DNA from: Pseudomonadota bacterium
GTDB lineage: Bacteria; Bdellovibrionota_C; UBA2361; OMII01
DNA length: 64,000 nt
Assembly: GCA_038134595.1 (NCBI GenBank)
Contig: JAYPVM010000005.1
Span: 128,001 to 192,000 of the forward strand
Direction: 5' to 3'
Below the pieces are notes generated by a model. It worked only from the letters and a program-made list of their open reading frames with translations. It was not told where the DNA came from and did not search any database. Numbering within the stretch: the stretch's first letter is position 1; each line of letters opens with the position of its first letter. This document shows positions 30,226 through 41,671 of this stretch, piece after piece. Both the position numbers and the translations under genes were made by a program.

Positions 30226-31065
30226 TTACTTCTTACTCTTTTTACTCTTCCGTCCACGAACAATAAACTTCTGCGTCCTCTTGTTCGATCTCGTCTTTAA
30301 TCCCTTTGCCAATAATCCTGACGGGGAGCAAGGGTGTCGACCTCCTGCCGATTTACCTTCTCCTCCACCCATTGGATGATCCACTGGATTCTTCGTAACA
30401 CCCCTATTGTGAGGTCTTCGGTTCAACCACCGGCTACGGCCTGCCTTACCCAAGACTCGGTTCTGATGGTCTGAGTTTCCAACCGATCCGATTGTCGCAT
30501 AACACTCAACCGAGACCCTTCTCATTTCGCCAGATGGTAAACGAACCGTAGCATAGTCACCTTCTCGAGCTACCAACTGAGCCGCGCCACCGGCAGAACG
30601 AACCAACTGTGCGCCTCCCTTAATCTTGAGCTCGATGTTATGAACATTCTCTCCAAGCGGTATCGCCTTCAAAGGAAGCGCATTACCAGGCTTGATCTCA
30701 GCGTCAGGCCCTGAGCTTATGGTCTGTCCGACCGACAACCCCTGGGGAGCCAGTATGTAACGCTTCTCGCCGTCGACGTACTTAACGAGAGCAATCCGGC
30801 TAGTTCTATTCGGATCGTATTCAATGGTTGCCACGACACCTGGAACCCCAAGCTTCTCTCTGCGAAAATCGATGATTCGGTAACGTCGCTTGTGACCACG
30901 ACCTTTGTTAATATTTGTGTTCCGTCCGTAGTTATTACGACCTCCGGTGTTCGAGTGCTTCGATATAAGCCCCCGCTCAGGCTTAGCTGTCGTGACTTCT
31001 GAGAAATCAGCTACAGTAAGATATCGTCTACTAGGAGTTGTTGGTCTAAATGTTTTAACCGCCAT
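30226..31065 (-). CDS. rplB: 50S ribosomal protein L2
   Basis: IEYDPNR and [12 protein letters not shown] motifs. Confidence 0.98.
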   Translation of the reverse strand: MAVKTFRPTTPSRRYLTVADFSEVTTAKPERGLISKHSNTGGRNNYGRNTNINKGRGHKRRYRIIDFRREKLGVPGVVATIEYDPNRTSRIALVKYVDGEKRYILAPQGLSVGQTISSGPDAEIKPGNALPLKAIPLGENVHNIELKIKGGAQLVRSAGGAAQLVAREGDYATVRLPSGEMRRVSVECYATIGSVGNSDHQNRVLGKAGRSRWLNRRPHNRGVTKNPVDHPMGGGEGKSAGGRHPCSPSGLLAKGLKTRSNKRTQKFIVRGRKSKKSKK

Positions 31066-31079
31066 ACATCACCTCTAAA

Positions 31080-31403
31080 TTACAAACCTTCTACGAGGTC
31101 AATCTTGCTACCCTCGGCCAAAGTTACATACGCCTTTTTATATCCAGACCGTCTTCCAACGCCCCTTGTTGTTCTCTTCATCTTGCCGATGAAAGAGCAT
31201 GTGCGAACGCCTCCCACTTTCACCGAAAAGACTCTCTCAACAGCAGATTTGATTTGCAACTTGCTCGCCCGTGGATCAACCCGAAAGGTAACCACATTGC
31301 CTTCACCACCTACCAGTGCGGTCTTCTCACTGATAACAGGCGAGAGCAATATCGCATAATCACTCACTCGAGCACTTTCATTGTTATTCTTCGTCTTTGC
31401 CAT
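31080..31403 (-). CDS. rplW: 50S ribosomal protein L23
   Basis: PVISEK, IKSAVERVF and KKAYVTL motifs. Confidence 0.96.
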   Translation of the reverse strand: MAKTKNNNESARVSDYAILLSPVISEKTALVGGEGNVVTFRVDPRASKLQIKSAVERVFSVKVGGVRTCSFIGKMKRTTRGVGRRSGYKKAYVTLAEGSKIDLVEGL

Positions 31404-31446
31404 AGCAATACTTCCCGATGATGTTACTTTCTTATCTCTTTACGCC

Positions 31447-32103
31447 CTACAGTCCCGAAACCCGCTGCTCAAGCTCACTGAGTGCCGTATCTACACACAG
31501 CACAGTGTTAGCATTAAGCAGATCATAGACATTGACACCTGCCACAGGCACAACCGACACGCGTTGAATATTCTTTACAGAACGAGCCAGCTTAGTGCGA
31601 GCCTCAGAGTTTGCATCCGGCACAACTACAAGAACTTTCGTATCCGTTAAACCGAGTGTAGCCAACAAAGCCACTGCATCTTTTGTCTTACCAGTAGCCG
31701 AAGACATATCCTCCAATACTGCAATATTGCCCGCTTGTGCTTTTGTAGACAAAGCCGAACGAAGAGCGCCCTTGCGCATCTTCTTGGACATTCTAAACTC
31801 GTAGCTTCGAGGGGTTGGACCATGCACTACTGCACCACCAACCATAACAGGCGAAATAGTAGATCCAGCTCGAGCCCGGCCAGTTCCTTTCTGCTTAAAA
31901 GGCTTCTTCGAACCGCCTTTCATCTCACTACGAGTAAGAACGTCATGCGTTCCTGCTCGTCGCTTGGCACGTTGCCAACGAACTGCGCCATGAAGCAATT
32001 CAACCTTTACCGTTGCACCAAAAACATCCGCATTTAACGTCAAGGCCGATTTCTCCTTGCCTGTGCCGTCGAATACCCTTGCATTTACACTTTCAGAAGC
32101 CAT
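31447..32103 (-). CDS. rplD: 50S ribosomal protein L4
   Basis: KPFKQKGTGRARAG motif. Confidence 0.98.
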   Translation of the reverse strand: MASESVNARVFDGTGKEKSALTLNADVFGATVKVELLHGAVRWQRAKRRAGTHDVLTRSEMKGGSKKPFKQKGTGRARAGSTISPVMVGGAVVHGPTPRSYEFRMSKKMRKGALRSALSTKAQAGNIAVLEDMSSATGKTKDAVALLATLGLTDTKVLVVVPDANSEARTKLARSVKNIQRVSVVPVAGVNVYDLLNANTVLCVDTALSELEQRVSGL

Positions 32104-32131
32104 AGTACTACCTCCGCTGTCCCGCTCTTAC

Positions 32132-32794
32132 TTATTTACCCTTGACCGCCTTACGAATCACCACAAGACTACCGCGAGCTCCGGGAATTCCACCCTTGAC
32201 TAAAAGTATGTTCTCTTCTGGCTTAACTCCAACCACTTCGAGGTTCTGAACTGTCACGTTCGCACCACCCATTCGACCTGGCATCCGTTGTCCCTTGAAA
32301 ACTCTACCAGGAAACTTTCGACAACCGATAGCACCGACATGCCTTCGATACTCATGAGTACCACGTGTGGCCGGCTGTCCCTTCATGTGATAACGACGAA
32401 CAACACCTTGGAAGCCCTTTCCTATCGAAACACCGGAAACATCCACCGTCTCACCGTCCTTGAAGACATCCGAAACCGTGACTTCTTTCCCAAGCTCGGC
32501 CCATCCCAGTGCATCTGCATCACACCGTACTTCCTTAACGTGATAGAAAGCGCCCTGTCCCGATCTCTTGAAGTGTCCAAGCTCTGCCTTGTTACACCGC
32601 TGAGATTTCTTGGGTTCGAAGCCGAATTGAACCGCACTGTATCCGTGCGTTTCATCACCTCGAACGTCAAGCACGTAACACGGGCCAGCCTGAATGATTG
32701 TGACTGGAATCGTCTTACCCTCAGATGTAAACACCTGTGTCATTCCCAATTTTTTTCCCAGAAGTCCTTCTGGGTAGTATTTTGACGTTGTCAT
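32132..32794 (-). CDS. rplC: 50S ribosomal protein L3
   Basis: GKKLGMTQVF, GKGFQGVVRR and GRVFKGQRMPGRMG motifs. Confidence 0.98.
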   Translation of the reverse strand: MTTSKYYPEGLLGKKLGMTQVFTSEGKTIPVTIIQAGPCYVLDVRGDETHGYSAVQFGFEPKKSQRCNKAELGHFKRSGQGAFYHVKEVRCDADALGWAELGKEVTVSDVFKDGETVDVSGVSIGKGFQGVVRRYHMKGQPATRGTHEYRRHVGAIGCRKFPGRVFKGQRMPGRMGGANVTVQNLEVVGVKPEENILLVKGGIPGARGSLVVIRKAVKGK

Positions 32795-32828
32795 GAAGAG
32801 GTCCCCCTCAAGTTATCTCTTAAACTCT

Positions 32829-33143
32829 TTACTGAAGCTTTATCTCGACATCAATTCCGGTCGAGAGCTCTAATTTACCCAACTCATCGATGGTCTGCTG
32901 CGTTGGCTCTAAAATATCAAGCATTCGCTTGTGCGTACGAATCTCGAATTGCTCTCGTGACTTCTTATCCACGAAAGTCGACCTGTTGACCGTAAATTTT
33001 ACGATCCTAGTTGGTAGAGGAATTGGGCCAGCAACTCTCCCACCTGTGCGTCGCACAGTCTGCACTATTTCTCCGACCGCCGAATCAAGTAGCGTGTGGT
33101 CGTATCCCTTCAATCTGATTCTAATTAACTGCCCGCCAATCAT
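32829..33143 (-). CDS. rpsJ: 30S ribosomal protein S10
   Basis: [16 protein letters not shown] and [12 protein letters not shown] motifs. Confidence 0.98.
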   Translation of the reverse strand: MIGGQLIRIRLKGYDHTLLDSAVGEIVQTVRRTGGRVAGPIPLPTRIVKFTVNRSTFVDKKSREQFEIRTHKRMLDILEPTQQTIDELGKLELSTGIDVEIKLQ

Positions 33144-33207
33144 GGCTCATCCTCTTAATTCACTATTAGGTAACGTATTAAATAAAAACCTCAAGTTAAC
33201 CTAGTGC

Positions 33208-33231
33208 GGTGTGGCAGTCTCCTGCCACACC
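33208..33231 (-). other. GC-rich hairpin just after the tuf stop (possible mRNA 3' stabiliser)
   Basis: GGTGTGGCAG-N4-CTGCCACACC, a perfect 10-bp stem with no U-tract. Confidence 0.55.
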
Positions 33232-33241
33232 AAACCGATGA

Positions 33242-34438
33242 TTACTCAACGATCTCAGTAACAACACCAGAACCTACAGTTCTTCCACCCTCTCGGATAG
33301 CGAAGCGAAGCTGCTTCTCGATACCGATTGGCTGATACAATTCAACATCTAGGTTGATGTGGTCGCCTGGCATAGCCATCTCAACACCCTCTGGTAGCTT
33401 GATGGAACCTGTAACGTCTGTTGTTCTGAAGAAGAACTGTGGACGATAACCAGTGAAGAACGGCTTATGACGTCCTCCCTCTTCCTTCTTGAGGATATAT
33501 GCCTCTGCCTTAAACTTCTTGTGAGGTTTAACGCTTCCAGGAACACATAGAATCTGACCACGCTCTACGTCATCTCGCTTGAGACCTCGAAGCAGACATC
33601 CAACGTTATCACCAGCATGGCCTTCGTCGAGAAGCTTCTTGAACATCTCAACTCCAGTAACTGTTGTCTTAGCTGTGTCTCGAAGACCAACGATTTCAAC
33701 TTCCTGACCAACTTTGATCATACCACGCTCGATACGCCCCGTAGCCACTGTTCCTCGACCTGCGATAGAGAAAACATCCTCAACCGGCATTAGGAACGGC
33801 TTGTCAATATCACGCTCTGGAACTGGAATGTACTCGTCAATCGTTGCAAGCAGCTTATCGAAAGCACCTACACCAATCTCACTATCCTCTCCATTGAGAG
33901 CCTTAAGGGCACTACCACGGATAACTGGAGTATCATCACCAGGGAAATCATACTCAGAGAGAAGTTCACGAACTTCCATCTCAACAAGATCAAGCAACTC
34001 TGGATCGTCAACGGTATCAACCTTGTTTAGGAACACCACGATCTTCGGAACACCAACCTGACGAGCAAGTAGGATATGCTCTCGCGTTTGAGGCATTGGT
34101 CCATCTGAGGCGCTCACAACGAGGATAGCACCATCCATCTGAGCAGCACCTGTGATCATGTTCTTCACATAATCAGCGTGGCCCGGACAATCTACGTGTG
34201 CGTAGTGCCGGTTAGCTGTTTCATACTCAACGTGCGCACTTGCTATCGTAACAGTCTTCGTTTCGTCACGCTCTGTTCCGCCCTTCGCGATATCCTTGTA
34301 GGACTTTACAGTCGCAAGGCCCTTAGTTGCTTGAACAGAAACTAGCGCTGCTGTAGTTGTCGTCTTTCCATGGTCTACGTGACCAATAGTTCCAACGTTA
34401 ACGTGTGGTTTGGTTCTATCAAATTTCTTGTTTGACAT
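33242..34438 (-). CDS. tuf: Elongation factor Tu
   Basis: [27 protein letters not shown]; follows fusA. Confidence 0.98.
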   Translation of the reverse strand: MSNKKFDRTKPHVNVGTIGHVDHGKTTTTAALVSVQATKGLATVKSYKDIAKGGTERDETKTVTIASAHVEYETANRHYAHVDCPGHADYVKNMITGAAQMDGAILVVSASDGPMPQTREHILLARQVGVPKIVVFLNKVDTVDDPELLDLVEMEVRELLSEYDFPGDDTPVIRGSALKALNGEDSEIGVGAFDKLLATIDEYIPVPERDIDKPFLMPVEDVFSIAGRGTVATGRIERGMIKVGQEVEIVGLRDTAKTTVTGVEMFKKLLDEGHAGDNVGCLLRGLKRDDVERGQILCVPGSVKPHKKFKAEAYILKKEEGGRHKPFFTGYRPQFFFRTTDVTGSIKLPEGVEMAMPGDHINLDVELYQPIGIEKQLRFAIREGGRTVGSGVVTEIVE

Positions 34439-34485
34439 TTTTCTCTCCGGTTTTAAATAAACAAGACACCAATTAAAAACATCAC

Positions 34486-36579
34486 TTACTTATTCACCAC
34501 ACTCTCCGCGACGTGAGTCGGCACGGCTGCGTAATGATGATACTCCATAGTGAAGGTGGCTCGCCCCTGTGAGTTTGAGCGGAGATCCGTTGAATAACCG
34601 AACATCTCGGCTAGAGGAACCTCACACTTCACCGTTTGCGCACCCGCCCTTGGCTCCATACCAAGAATACGTGCACGTCGTCGGTTCAGATCACCCACGA
34701 TATTGCTAACGAAATCATCAGGACAAACGACCTCAACCGCCATGACAGGCTCGAGCAATTGGAGTTTTGCCTTCTTACATGCATCCTTGACGCACATAGA
34801 TCCAGCGATTTTAAACGCCATCTCACTAGAGTCAACTTCATGAAAGCTTCCGAAGTATAGAGTCACTTTGACGTCAATCACAGGAAATCCTGCCAATATA
34901 CCGCCATCAAGCGCCTCTTTCACCCCATTCTCAACAGCTGGGATGTATTCCTTCGGGATTATGCCTCCCTTAATTTCATCAACAAACTCAAATCCTGCCC
35001 CAGGCTCCCGTGGCTCTACTCGAAGCAACACGTGTCCGAATTGACCACGACCACCGGTTTGCTTTGCGTACTTGCATTCCGCTTCAGCATTATTGGTGAT
35101 GGTCTCACGATAAGCAACCTGCGGCTTACCGACTGTGGCATCTACATTAAACTCTCTAAGAAGTCGCTGCTTAATGATGTCTAGGTGCAATTCACCCATT
35201 CCGGCGATCAAAGTTTGCCCTGACTCCTTGTCAGTGCTCACCTTCAACGACGGATCTTCTTTAGCCAACTTCATGAGCGCAAGGCCCATTTTCTCTTCAT
35301 CAGCCTTCGTTTTTGGCTCAATTGCGATACTAATAACTGGGTCAGGTGCGTTAATGCTCTCAAGTACGATAGGCCTACTTGGGTCACAAAGGGTATCGCC
35401 TGTGATAGTCTCCTTAAGACCGACGGCTGCTCCGATATCACCGGCAAGCACTTCCTTAACTTCTTCCCGCTTATCTGCGTGCATTCGAACTAGTCGACCT
35501 ATCCGCTCTTTCTTATCCCGTGTAGAGTTAAGAATGTGAGAACCAGCCTCGATCCGCCCAGAATATACGCGGAAAAAGGTCAAAACTCCCACAAACGGAT
35601 CGGTAACAATCTTAAACGCTAACGCACTCGCTGGAGCATCGTCATCAGCGGCTCTCTCAATTATTGTTTCTTCCTTGCTGTTAGGATCTATTCCCTGCAC
35701 GGACGGAACATCGAGTGGGCTTGGAAGGTACTCAACAACTGCATCGAGAAGTGGTTGAACTCCCTTATTCTTAAAGGCAGTTCCACAAAGAACCGGAAAG
35801 AAATCCATCGCCAAGGTTCCCTTTCGGATGCCGGCTTTAACTTCTTCAAGAGACAAAGTCTCTCCACCGAGATACTTCTCCATCAGATCATCATCTGATT
35901 CAGCGATACACTCCAACAAAAACTCACGTGCCTTACCAGCCTCTTCGCGCAGCTCTTCTGGAATATCCTCCACCTCAAATTGGGCCCCCTTACTCTCATC
36001 CTTGTAAAGGATCGCTCGCATCTCCACGAGGTCTATCACACCGAGAAACTCACTTTCGGCACCAATCGGTAGTTGGATCGGAACGGCCTTCGCACCCAAC
36101 TTCTCTCTGATAGACTCTACAGCCTTCGTAAAGCTAGCTCCCATTCGGTCCATCTTGTTGATGAAGCAAAAACGAGGCACGTTAAATTTATTCGCTTGTC
36201 TCCACACAGTTTCCGACTGAGGCTCCACTCCGCTAACTGCATCAAATACAGCTACCGCCCCATCGAGAACCCGAAGGCTACGCTCAACCTCGATTGTAAA
36301 ATCAACGTGGCCTGGCGTATCGATGATATTAATCTGATGCTCTGGCATCGCACCATCAGCACCCTTCCAGGTACAGGTAGTAGCGGCCGAAGTAATAGTA
36401 ATACCCCGCTCCTGCTCAAGCTCCATGTAATCCATGGTCGCGGCACCTTCGTGCACTTCACCGATCTTATAATTAATCCCTGTATAGAAGAGAATACGCT
36501 CGGTTGTGGTAGTCTTACCGGCGTCAATATGCGCCATGATTCCAATATTCCGAACTTTATTTAGATCTCTTTTAGCCAC
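34486..36579 (-). CDS. fusA: Elongation factor G
   Basis: [24 protein letters not shown] and GMGELHL motifs. Confidence 0.99.
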   Translation of the reverse strand: MAKRDLNKVRNIGIMAHIDAGKTTTTERILFYTGINYKIGEVHEGAATMDYMELEQERGITITSAATTCTWKGADGAMPEHQINIIDTPGHVDFTIEVERSLRVLDGAVAVFDAVSGVEPQSETVWRQANKFNVPRFCFINKMDRMGASFTKAVESIREKLGAKAVPIQLPIGAESEFLGVIDLVEMRAILYKDESKGAQFEVEDIPEELREEAGKAREFLLECIAESDDDLMEKYLGGETLSLEEVKAGIRKGTLAMDFFPVLCGTAFKNKGVQPLLDAVVEYLPSPLDVPSVQGIDPNSKEETIIERAADDDAPASALAFKIVTDPFVGVLTFFRVYSGRIEAGSHILNSTRDKKERIGRLVRMHADKREEVKEVLAGDIGAAVGLKETITGDTLCDPSRPIVLESINAPDPVISIAIEPKTKADEEKMGLALMKLAKEDPSLKVSTDKESGQTLIAGMGELHLDIIKQRLLREFNVDATVGKPQVAYRETITNNAEAECKYAKQTGGRGQFGHVLLRVEPREPGAGFEFVDEIKGGIIPKEYIPAVENGVKEALDGGILAGFPVIDVKVTLYFGSFHEVDSSEMAFKIAGSMCVKDACKKAKLQLLEPVMAVEVVCPDDFVSNIVGDLNRRRARILGMEPRAGAQTVKCEVPLAEMFGYSTDLRSNSQGRATFTMEYHHYAAVPTHVAESVVNK

Positions 36580-36599
36580 GATATCTCCTTTCCCCCAAT

Positions 36600-36630
36600 G
36601 ACCTCTAGCTGATACGACCCCTAGCTAATA

Positions 36631-36631
<1 letters not shown>
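36600..36631. repeat. Imperfect 16-bp tandem repeat in the rpsG-fusA spacer
   Basis: GACCTCTAGCTGATAC / GACCCCTAGCTAATAC, 14/16 identical. Confidence 0.65.
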
Positions 36632-37113
<482 letters not shown>

Positions 37114-37118
37114 CTAAA

Positions 37119-37490
37119 CTATTTGGGCCTCTTAGCGCCATATTTTGACCGACCCTGCTTGCGGTCAGCAACGCCATGAGCCTCAAGCTTACCTCGAACG
37201 ATATGGTATCGAACTCCAGGCAAATCCTTGACTCGTCCCCCTCTAATCAAAACAACCGAGTGCTCTTGAAGGTTATGGCCGATACCTGGGATATAGCTTG
37301 TGACCTCCATACCGGTGGTAAGCCGGACACGAGCCACCTTCCTCAAAGCAGAGTTTGGTTTCTTCGGAGTCTGCGTATACACCCTAGTACAAACACCTCG
37401 CTTCTGTGGACATCGCACCAAGGCTGGTGATTTACTCTTTGCCAGCTTCCTACGACGACGACTTCGAACTAACTGATTTATTGTTGGCAT
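37119..37490 (-). CDS. rpsL: 30S ribosomal protein S12
   Basis: [19 protein letters not shown] and [11 protein letters not shown] motifs. Confidence 0.99.
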   Translation of the reverse strand: MPTINQLVRSRRRRKLAKSKSPALVRCPQKRGVCTRVYTQTPKKPNSALRKVARVRLTTGMEVTSYIPGIGHNLQEHSVVLIRGGRVKDLPGVRYHIVRGKLEAHGVADRKQGRSKYGAKRPK

Positions 37491-38274
37491 CTGTTGCCCT
37501 GCCTCTTTACTTACTTAAATAGTCTTTTACTTTACTAACTATCTACAGAATGGCGTCCATTCCAAACTAGCTAAGCCCCTCTCTAAAGGAACCTTTAGCC
37601 GCCTGCCCTGACAATCCACTGTGGAGAGCCCTCCAAGCACAACGACCGTGGGTGAGTATCACATTTCAGAGCGAATTCATAGTGATCGCACCGAAACTTT
37701 ATCACCTTTTTTACAAACCAATCCGCCAAGAAACCGTTGCCTTCTCGGACTATCGCCTTCTCGAGACACTGCTTCTTAGAGAATTCAGCTGTTACTTCAA
37801 TTTTATATGCCTTTCCCGAACAGAACTGGCCCTTGTGGCCGAGGCGCCTCTTTTCTAAGGCTTTTTGGCACCCTCTGACGACTCTTCCGTCTACGATGAT
37901 ACCACCCGGGAAGTAGCATTGCATCGCTGTAGTAGCCCTGCCCCATTAGGAGCAATCGCTTCGCACGTAGGAATACAAACCGTATCGGCCTTCTATTCCA
38001 TCGGTGCCATTACGCCAACCGAAAATTTGTCGCATAGAAGAGGTATCACGTTACGGGCTCGCAGTCAATTTACCCCAAGCAGTTTTGGAAAAGAATTTGT
38101 GCGCTCTCGATAAATAACCCTAACATATTAAAACCAAGGGCTATATTTGCTCTAAAAAACTCTCTCTCTAGCCTCATGAGCCTACAAAGCTCACACACAA
38201 TCCTAGCTCTGCCAGGGCTGTTTCACTCTTAAAACAACCGGCACCAAAACGCATCAATACGTCTTCTTAAAGCA

Positions 38275-38472
38275 CTAGTCTTGCTCAGACCCCGGAGTGT
38301 TATCGCCGCATGTAGCACAACCTGCCGCCTCAACTACCTTTTCGTAGTCTGGCCTATACCCGACCGGGAGCGATTCTGCCAAACTGCCCCAAAGTGCCTT
38401 ATGACTCGCTTCGTCTTTTATATCTTTCCGAACTTCTGGCCTGTCCTTGATCCTACCTCTTTCTATCAACAT
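38275..38472 (-). CDS. Small hypothetical protein (65 aa) with a C-terminal CxxC
   Basis: GGAGG 5 nt before ATG 38472; co-oriented with nuoN and 67 nt downstream of it. Confidence 0.6.
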   Translation of the reverse strand: MLIERGRIKDRPEVRKDIKDEASHKALWGSLAESLPVGYRPDYEKVVEAAGCATCGDNTPGSEQD

Positions 38473-38539
38473 ATCTGCCTCCAATAATAGTAAGTAAAGA
38501 TATATTACCCAAAACTTGAAACCTAAGGAACTACAAGCA

Positions 38540-39970
38540 CTACCAAATTAAAAGAGCAGTAGCTGCTTCCTGAGCTGCTAATACAAGCGAATCAGGTGCA
38601 ATTCCAATCATAACAACTAAGAACGCACACATGGTCAACGAAGCACGTGTTGCGAAGCTTAACAATATCTCAGACCCACTCTCTGTCTCCTCGCTCTGGA
38701 AAAACAATGCATATGGAATCCTACAATAATAGGCACAAGATATAGCTGAATTTATCGCCGCTATTATGACCAGTCCATAGTAGCCCTCCGAAAGCCCGGC
38801 AGTAAACAAATAAACCTTCCCGACAAAACCAGCCAAACTAGGTGGCAATCCTGCCAAGCCAAGGAAGAACAACGTCATAACCACCCCCAGAAATGGCTGC
38901 CGTCTACCTAGTCCCTTTAAATCTGACACACGGGCTATCGACGGCCCTATTACAGAAAGCACCCCAAAGGCTCCTATCGACATCGCACAGTACGAAACCA
39001 AATAAAAGAGTGCGGCCACAACCCCCTCCGGTGATCCACCAGAAGTAATCACGCCAATTAACATATAACCTGCCTGCGCGACACTTGAGTAGGCCAACAT
39101 CCGACGAATATCCTGCTGCTGAAGAGCCGCTACATTACCCACACACATGGCTAAGATACTCACGATCCATAGCGGCGCTATTGCCCATGCTTGAAGCACT
39201 CCAAAAGAGATAATTACAATTTTTAAGAGCGCGCCAACCCCAGCCACCTTAACCGCATAACTCATAAACGTTACAACGGACGTCGGTGAGCCTTGATATA
39301 CATCGGGCACCCAATAATGAAATGGTGTAAGGCCAAGTTTAAATCCGATTCCAACTAGTAAAAAGAGAAACGAGACAATCAACAATTCAGGAGAACCTGA
39401 CAACTCTCCAATGCTTCCACTAAGGCTAAGCGAGCCCGTCGCGCCGTACCAGAGCGCAATCCCATATAAAAAGAAGGCCGAACTAAAACACCCCAACAAA
39501 AAGTACTTTAATCCTGCCTCAGAGGAGCTTCGCTGTTTGAGCCGTCCTCCACACAAACAGTACAAAGATAGTGACATCACCTCCAAGCCAATAAACATGG
39601 TCAAATAATCGGCAGCAAAGACCATAAGCAATGCCCCCGCTAAAGAGGCAAGCAAAAGATAGTAGTACTCACTTCTATCAACCAATTGTTCTTTAGAAAC
39701 AACTTGATCGTTTAGCACCACAGTGAGAATACCCCCAGCACAAAGAACTACCCCTAAAAGCTTTGAGAAGCCATCGATCCAAATACTGGCTTCTGCCCCA
39801 TCTATAACTGAGTTGCTCATCATTAATGTGCAATAACCAGTAGCAGCTATGAGTGTCGTTGCAAGAACACTCTCCAATCGATACTTCGTTAGTACCTTTC
39901 CAAATACCAAGAATAGCAAGCTGCCTATACCTAGTATCAACAACGGCAGAAAACTTTCTAAAGCTGTCAT
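38540..39970 (-). CDS. nuoN: NADH-quinone oxidoreductase subunit N
   Basis: EAGLKYFLLG, PFHYWVPDVYQG and RMLAYSS motifs. Confidence 0.95.
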   Translation of the reverse strand: MTALESFLPLLILGIGSLLFLVFGKVLTKYRLESVLATTLIAATGYCTLMMSNSVIDGAEASIWIDGFSKLLGVVLCAGGILTVVLNDQVVSKEQLVDRSEYYYLLLASLAGALLMVFAADYLTMFIGLEVMSLSLYCLCGGRLKQRSSSEAGLKYFLLGCFSSAFFLYGIALWYGATGSLSLSGSIGELSGSPELLIVSFLFLLVGIGFKLGLTPFHYWVPDVYQGSPTSVVTFMSYAVKVAGVGALLKIVIISFGVLQAWAIAPLWIVSILAMCVGNVAALQQQDIRRMLAYSSVAQAGYMLIGVITSGGSPEGVVAALFYLVSYCAMSIGAFGVLSVIGPSIARVSDLKGLGRRQPFLGVVMTLFFLGLAGLPPSLAGFVGKVYLFTAGLSEGYYGLVIIAAINSAISCAYYCRIPYALFFQSEETESGSEILLSFATRASLTMCAFLVVMIGIAPDSLVLAAQEAATALLIW

Positions 39971-39975
39971 ACCTC

Positions 39976-41661
39976 TTATCCCTTCTTATCTATTTTAGCC
40001 GTCACAACACCGCTTTGCGCACTCCCCAAGGGTGCAAATTTCAATTTAACTGCTCCTGGAAATCCCGACCTCAAATCGATGCCAGTTGCTACAACTGGAT
40101 CCAACGAGCCCAACCGAGCTCTATCCGCCTTCAGGACTCCTCCCTGCCCTACCACTACCGAGCTCTCTATCGCAGACAATAGCCTGGAAGGCGCTATTCC
40201 CATTGCAAACACCATAACAGCAAACGACGCAAGAACAGTCAGATCCAAACCACGAACATCCGCACTATTACTACGTAACATCAGACGCGGGCCCTCGCCG
40301 AAGAGTATCGAACGATATGCTCGAAGCATATAAACCGCGCCGATAACTATCCCCACTCCACTTAAGACAGCCCAACCAGGATACCTCTGCCACGCTGACA
40401 TCAAAACCAAAAATTCACCTACAAAACCACTTGTAAGTGGTAGCGCCACAGCTGCCACCGTGAGAATCATGGTAAAAAAGGCCATGACTGGAAATCGATC
40501 GGCAAGCCCCCCGAAGTCATCTAAGTTGTCACTATCGATAGCCTGCGCAAGCCTTCCAAAGGCGAGAAACAATCCGCCAGTCACAAATCCGTGGCTGATA
40601 GCCTGAAATACTGCGCCTGATATAGACACTGTCGTCGCAACTCCAATGCCGATAACACAAAAGCCTAGATGTGATAGTGACGAGTATGCAAGCATTGACC
40701 GAACGTCCCGCTGCACCCACGCCATCAGCGCTCCACCTGCAACACCAACGGCTCCCAATGCAACAATGAACGGGCCAAAAATACTCATAGCATCGGGAAA
40801 CAAAGGGAGCACAAATCTGATGATTCCATATACTCCTACTTTACCGAGTAATGCCGCAATAAAAGCGACCAATCCCACAGGAGCTTGTCGATAGGTATCA
40901 ACAAGCCATCCGTGAAGCGGCACAATTGGTATCTTTAGGCCTAAAGCCACTAAGAATGCTGCGCACAAAACCACCTGAACATTTGTAGTTAGTGTGGGTA
41001 GACTCGTGAGTGTTGAAATCGTGAAAGCAAAATCTGTCACACCTGAATGAGGCTGCAGGATCTGCGAGCTCTGCCATCCTAAGTAAACGATTGCAACCAA
41101 CATGAGAACAGAGCCAGAAAGTGTGTACATCAAGAATTTAAATACAGCTCGCTTTCGGTCATCACCGCCCCATATCGCAATCCCTGCCAGCACCGGCAAA
41201 AGCATTAACTCATAGAAAACGTAAAAAGCTACCAAATCGGTCGCAAGAAAACTTCCCAAGACAGCCGACATTGCAAATAGCAGCATCGCATACCACGCTG
41301 CTCTATGCTTCGATGGAGCAGACGACCAACAGATTACTGCAAGAGATATCAAACAGGTCATCGCACAGAACCCCACCGACAATCCGTCGAGGGTAAAATG
41401 AAAAGACGCTCCCAGGGAGGGCATCCACGGGTGATATTCCTCTAGGTAGAGGAACGAATCCCCCGTACCTGCGGCGCTCGAACTAACGATGGCTCCTAAG
41501 AGAGCTGTTACCAAACACGCAACAAAAATAGCCCATCCTTTACACAATCTTCCAGAAACATCTCGCTCTTTCGTGAACCATGGGCCGAGACAGATCAAGG
41601 CTCCGATCACAGGTATTAATAGAATTGAGCTCAACGGCATCGATTCAAAAATCATGTACAC
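39976..41661 (-). CDS. nuoM: NADH-quinone oxidoreductase subunit M
   Basis: FYVFYE, KIPIVPLHGWL and LPLTSGFVGEF motifs. Confidence 0.95.
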   Translation of the reverse strand: MYMIFESMPLSSILLIPVIGALICLGPWFTKERDVSGRLCKGWAIFVACLVTALLGAIVSSSAAGTGDSFLYLEEYHPWMPSLGASFHFTLDGLSVGFCAMTCLISLAVICWSSAPSKHRAAWYAMLLFAMSAVLGSFLATDLVAFYVFYELMLLPVLAGIAIWGGDDRKRAVFKFLMYTLSGSVLMLVAIVYLGWQSSQILQPHSGVTDFAFTISTLTSLPTLTTNVQVVLCAAFLVALGLKIPIVPLHGWLVDTYRQAPVGLVAFIAALLGKVGVYGIIRFVLPLFPDAMSIFGPFIVALGAVGVAGGALMAWVQRDVRSMLAYSSLSHLGFCVIGIGVATTVSISGAVFQAISHGFVTGGLFLAFGRLAQAIDSDNLDDFGGLADRFPVMAFFTMILTVAAVALPLTSGFVGEFLVLMSAWQRYPGWAVLSGVGIVIGAVYMLRAYRSILFGEGPRLMLRSNSADVRGLDLTVLASFAVMVFAMGIAPSRLLSAIESSVVVGQGGVLKADRARLGSLDPVVATGIDLRSGFPGAVKLKFAPLGSAQSGVVTAKIDKKG

Positions 41662-41671
41662 ACTCCCCTAC

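Noticed and set aside
37595..38113. ORFs 37595-37924 (-), 37652-37858 (+) and 37865-38113 (+)
   Set aside because: No RBS or family motif and mutually overlapping; region treated as non-coding, although a small gene cannot be excluded.
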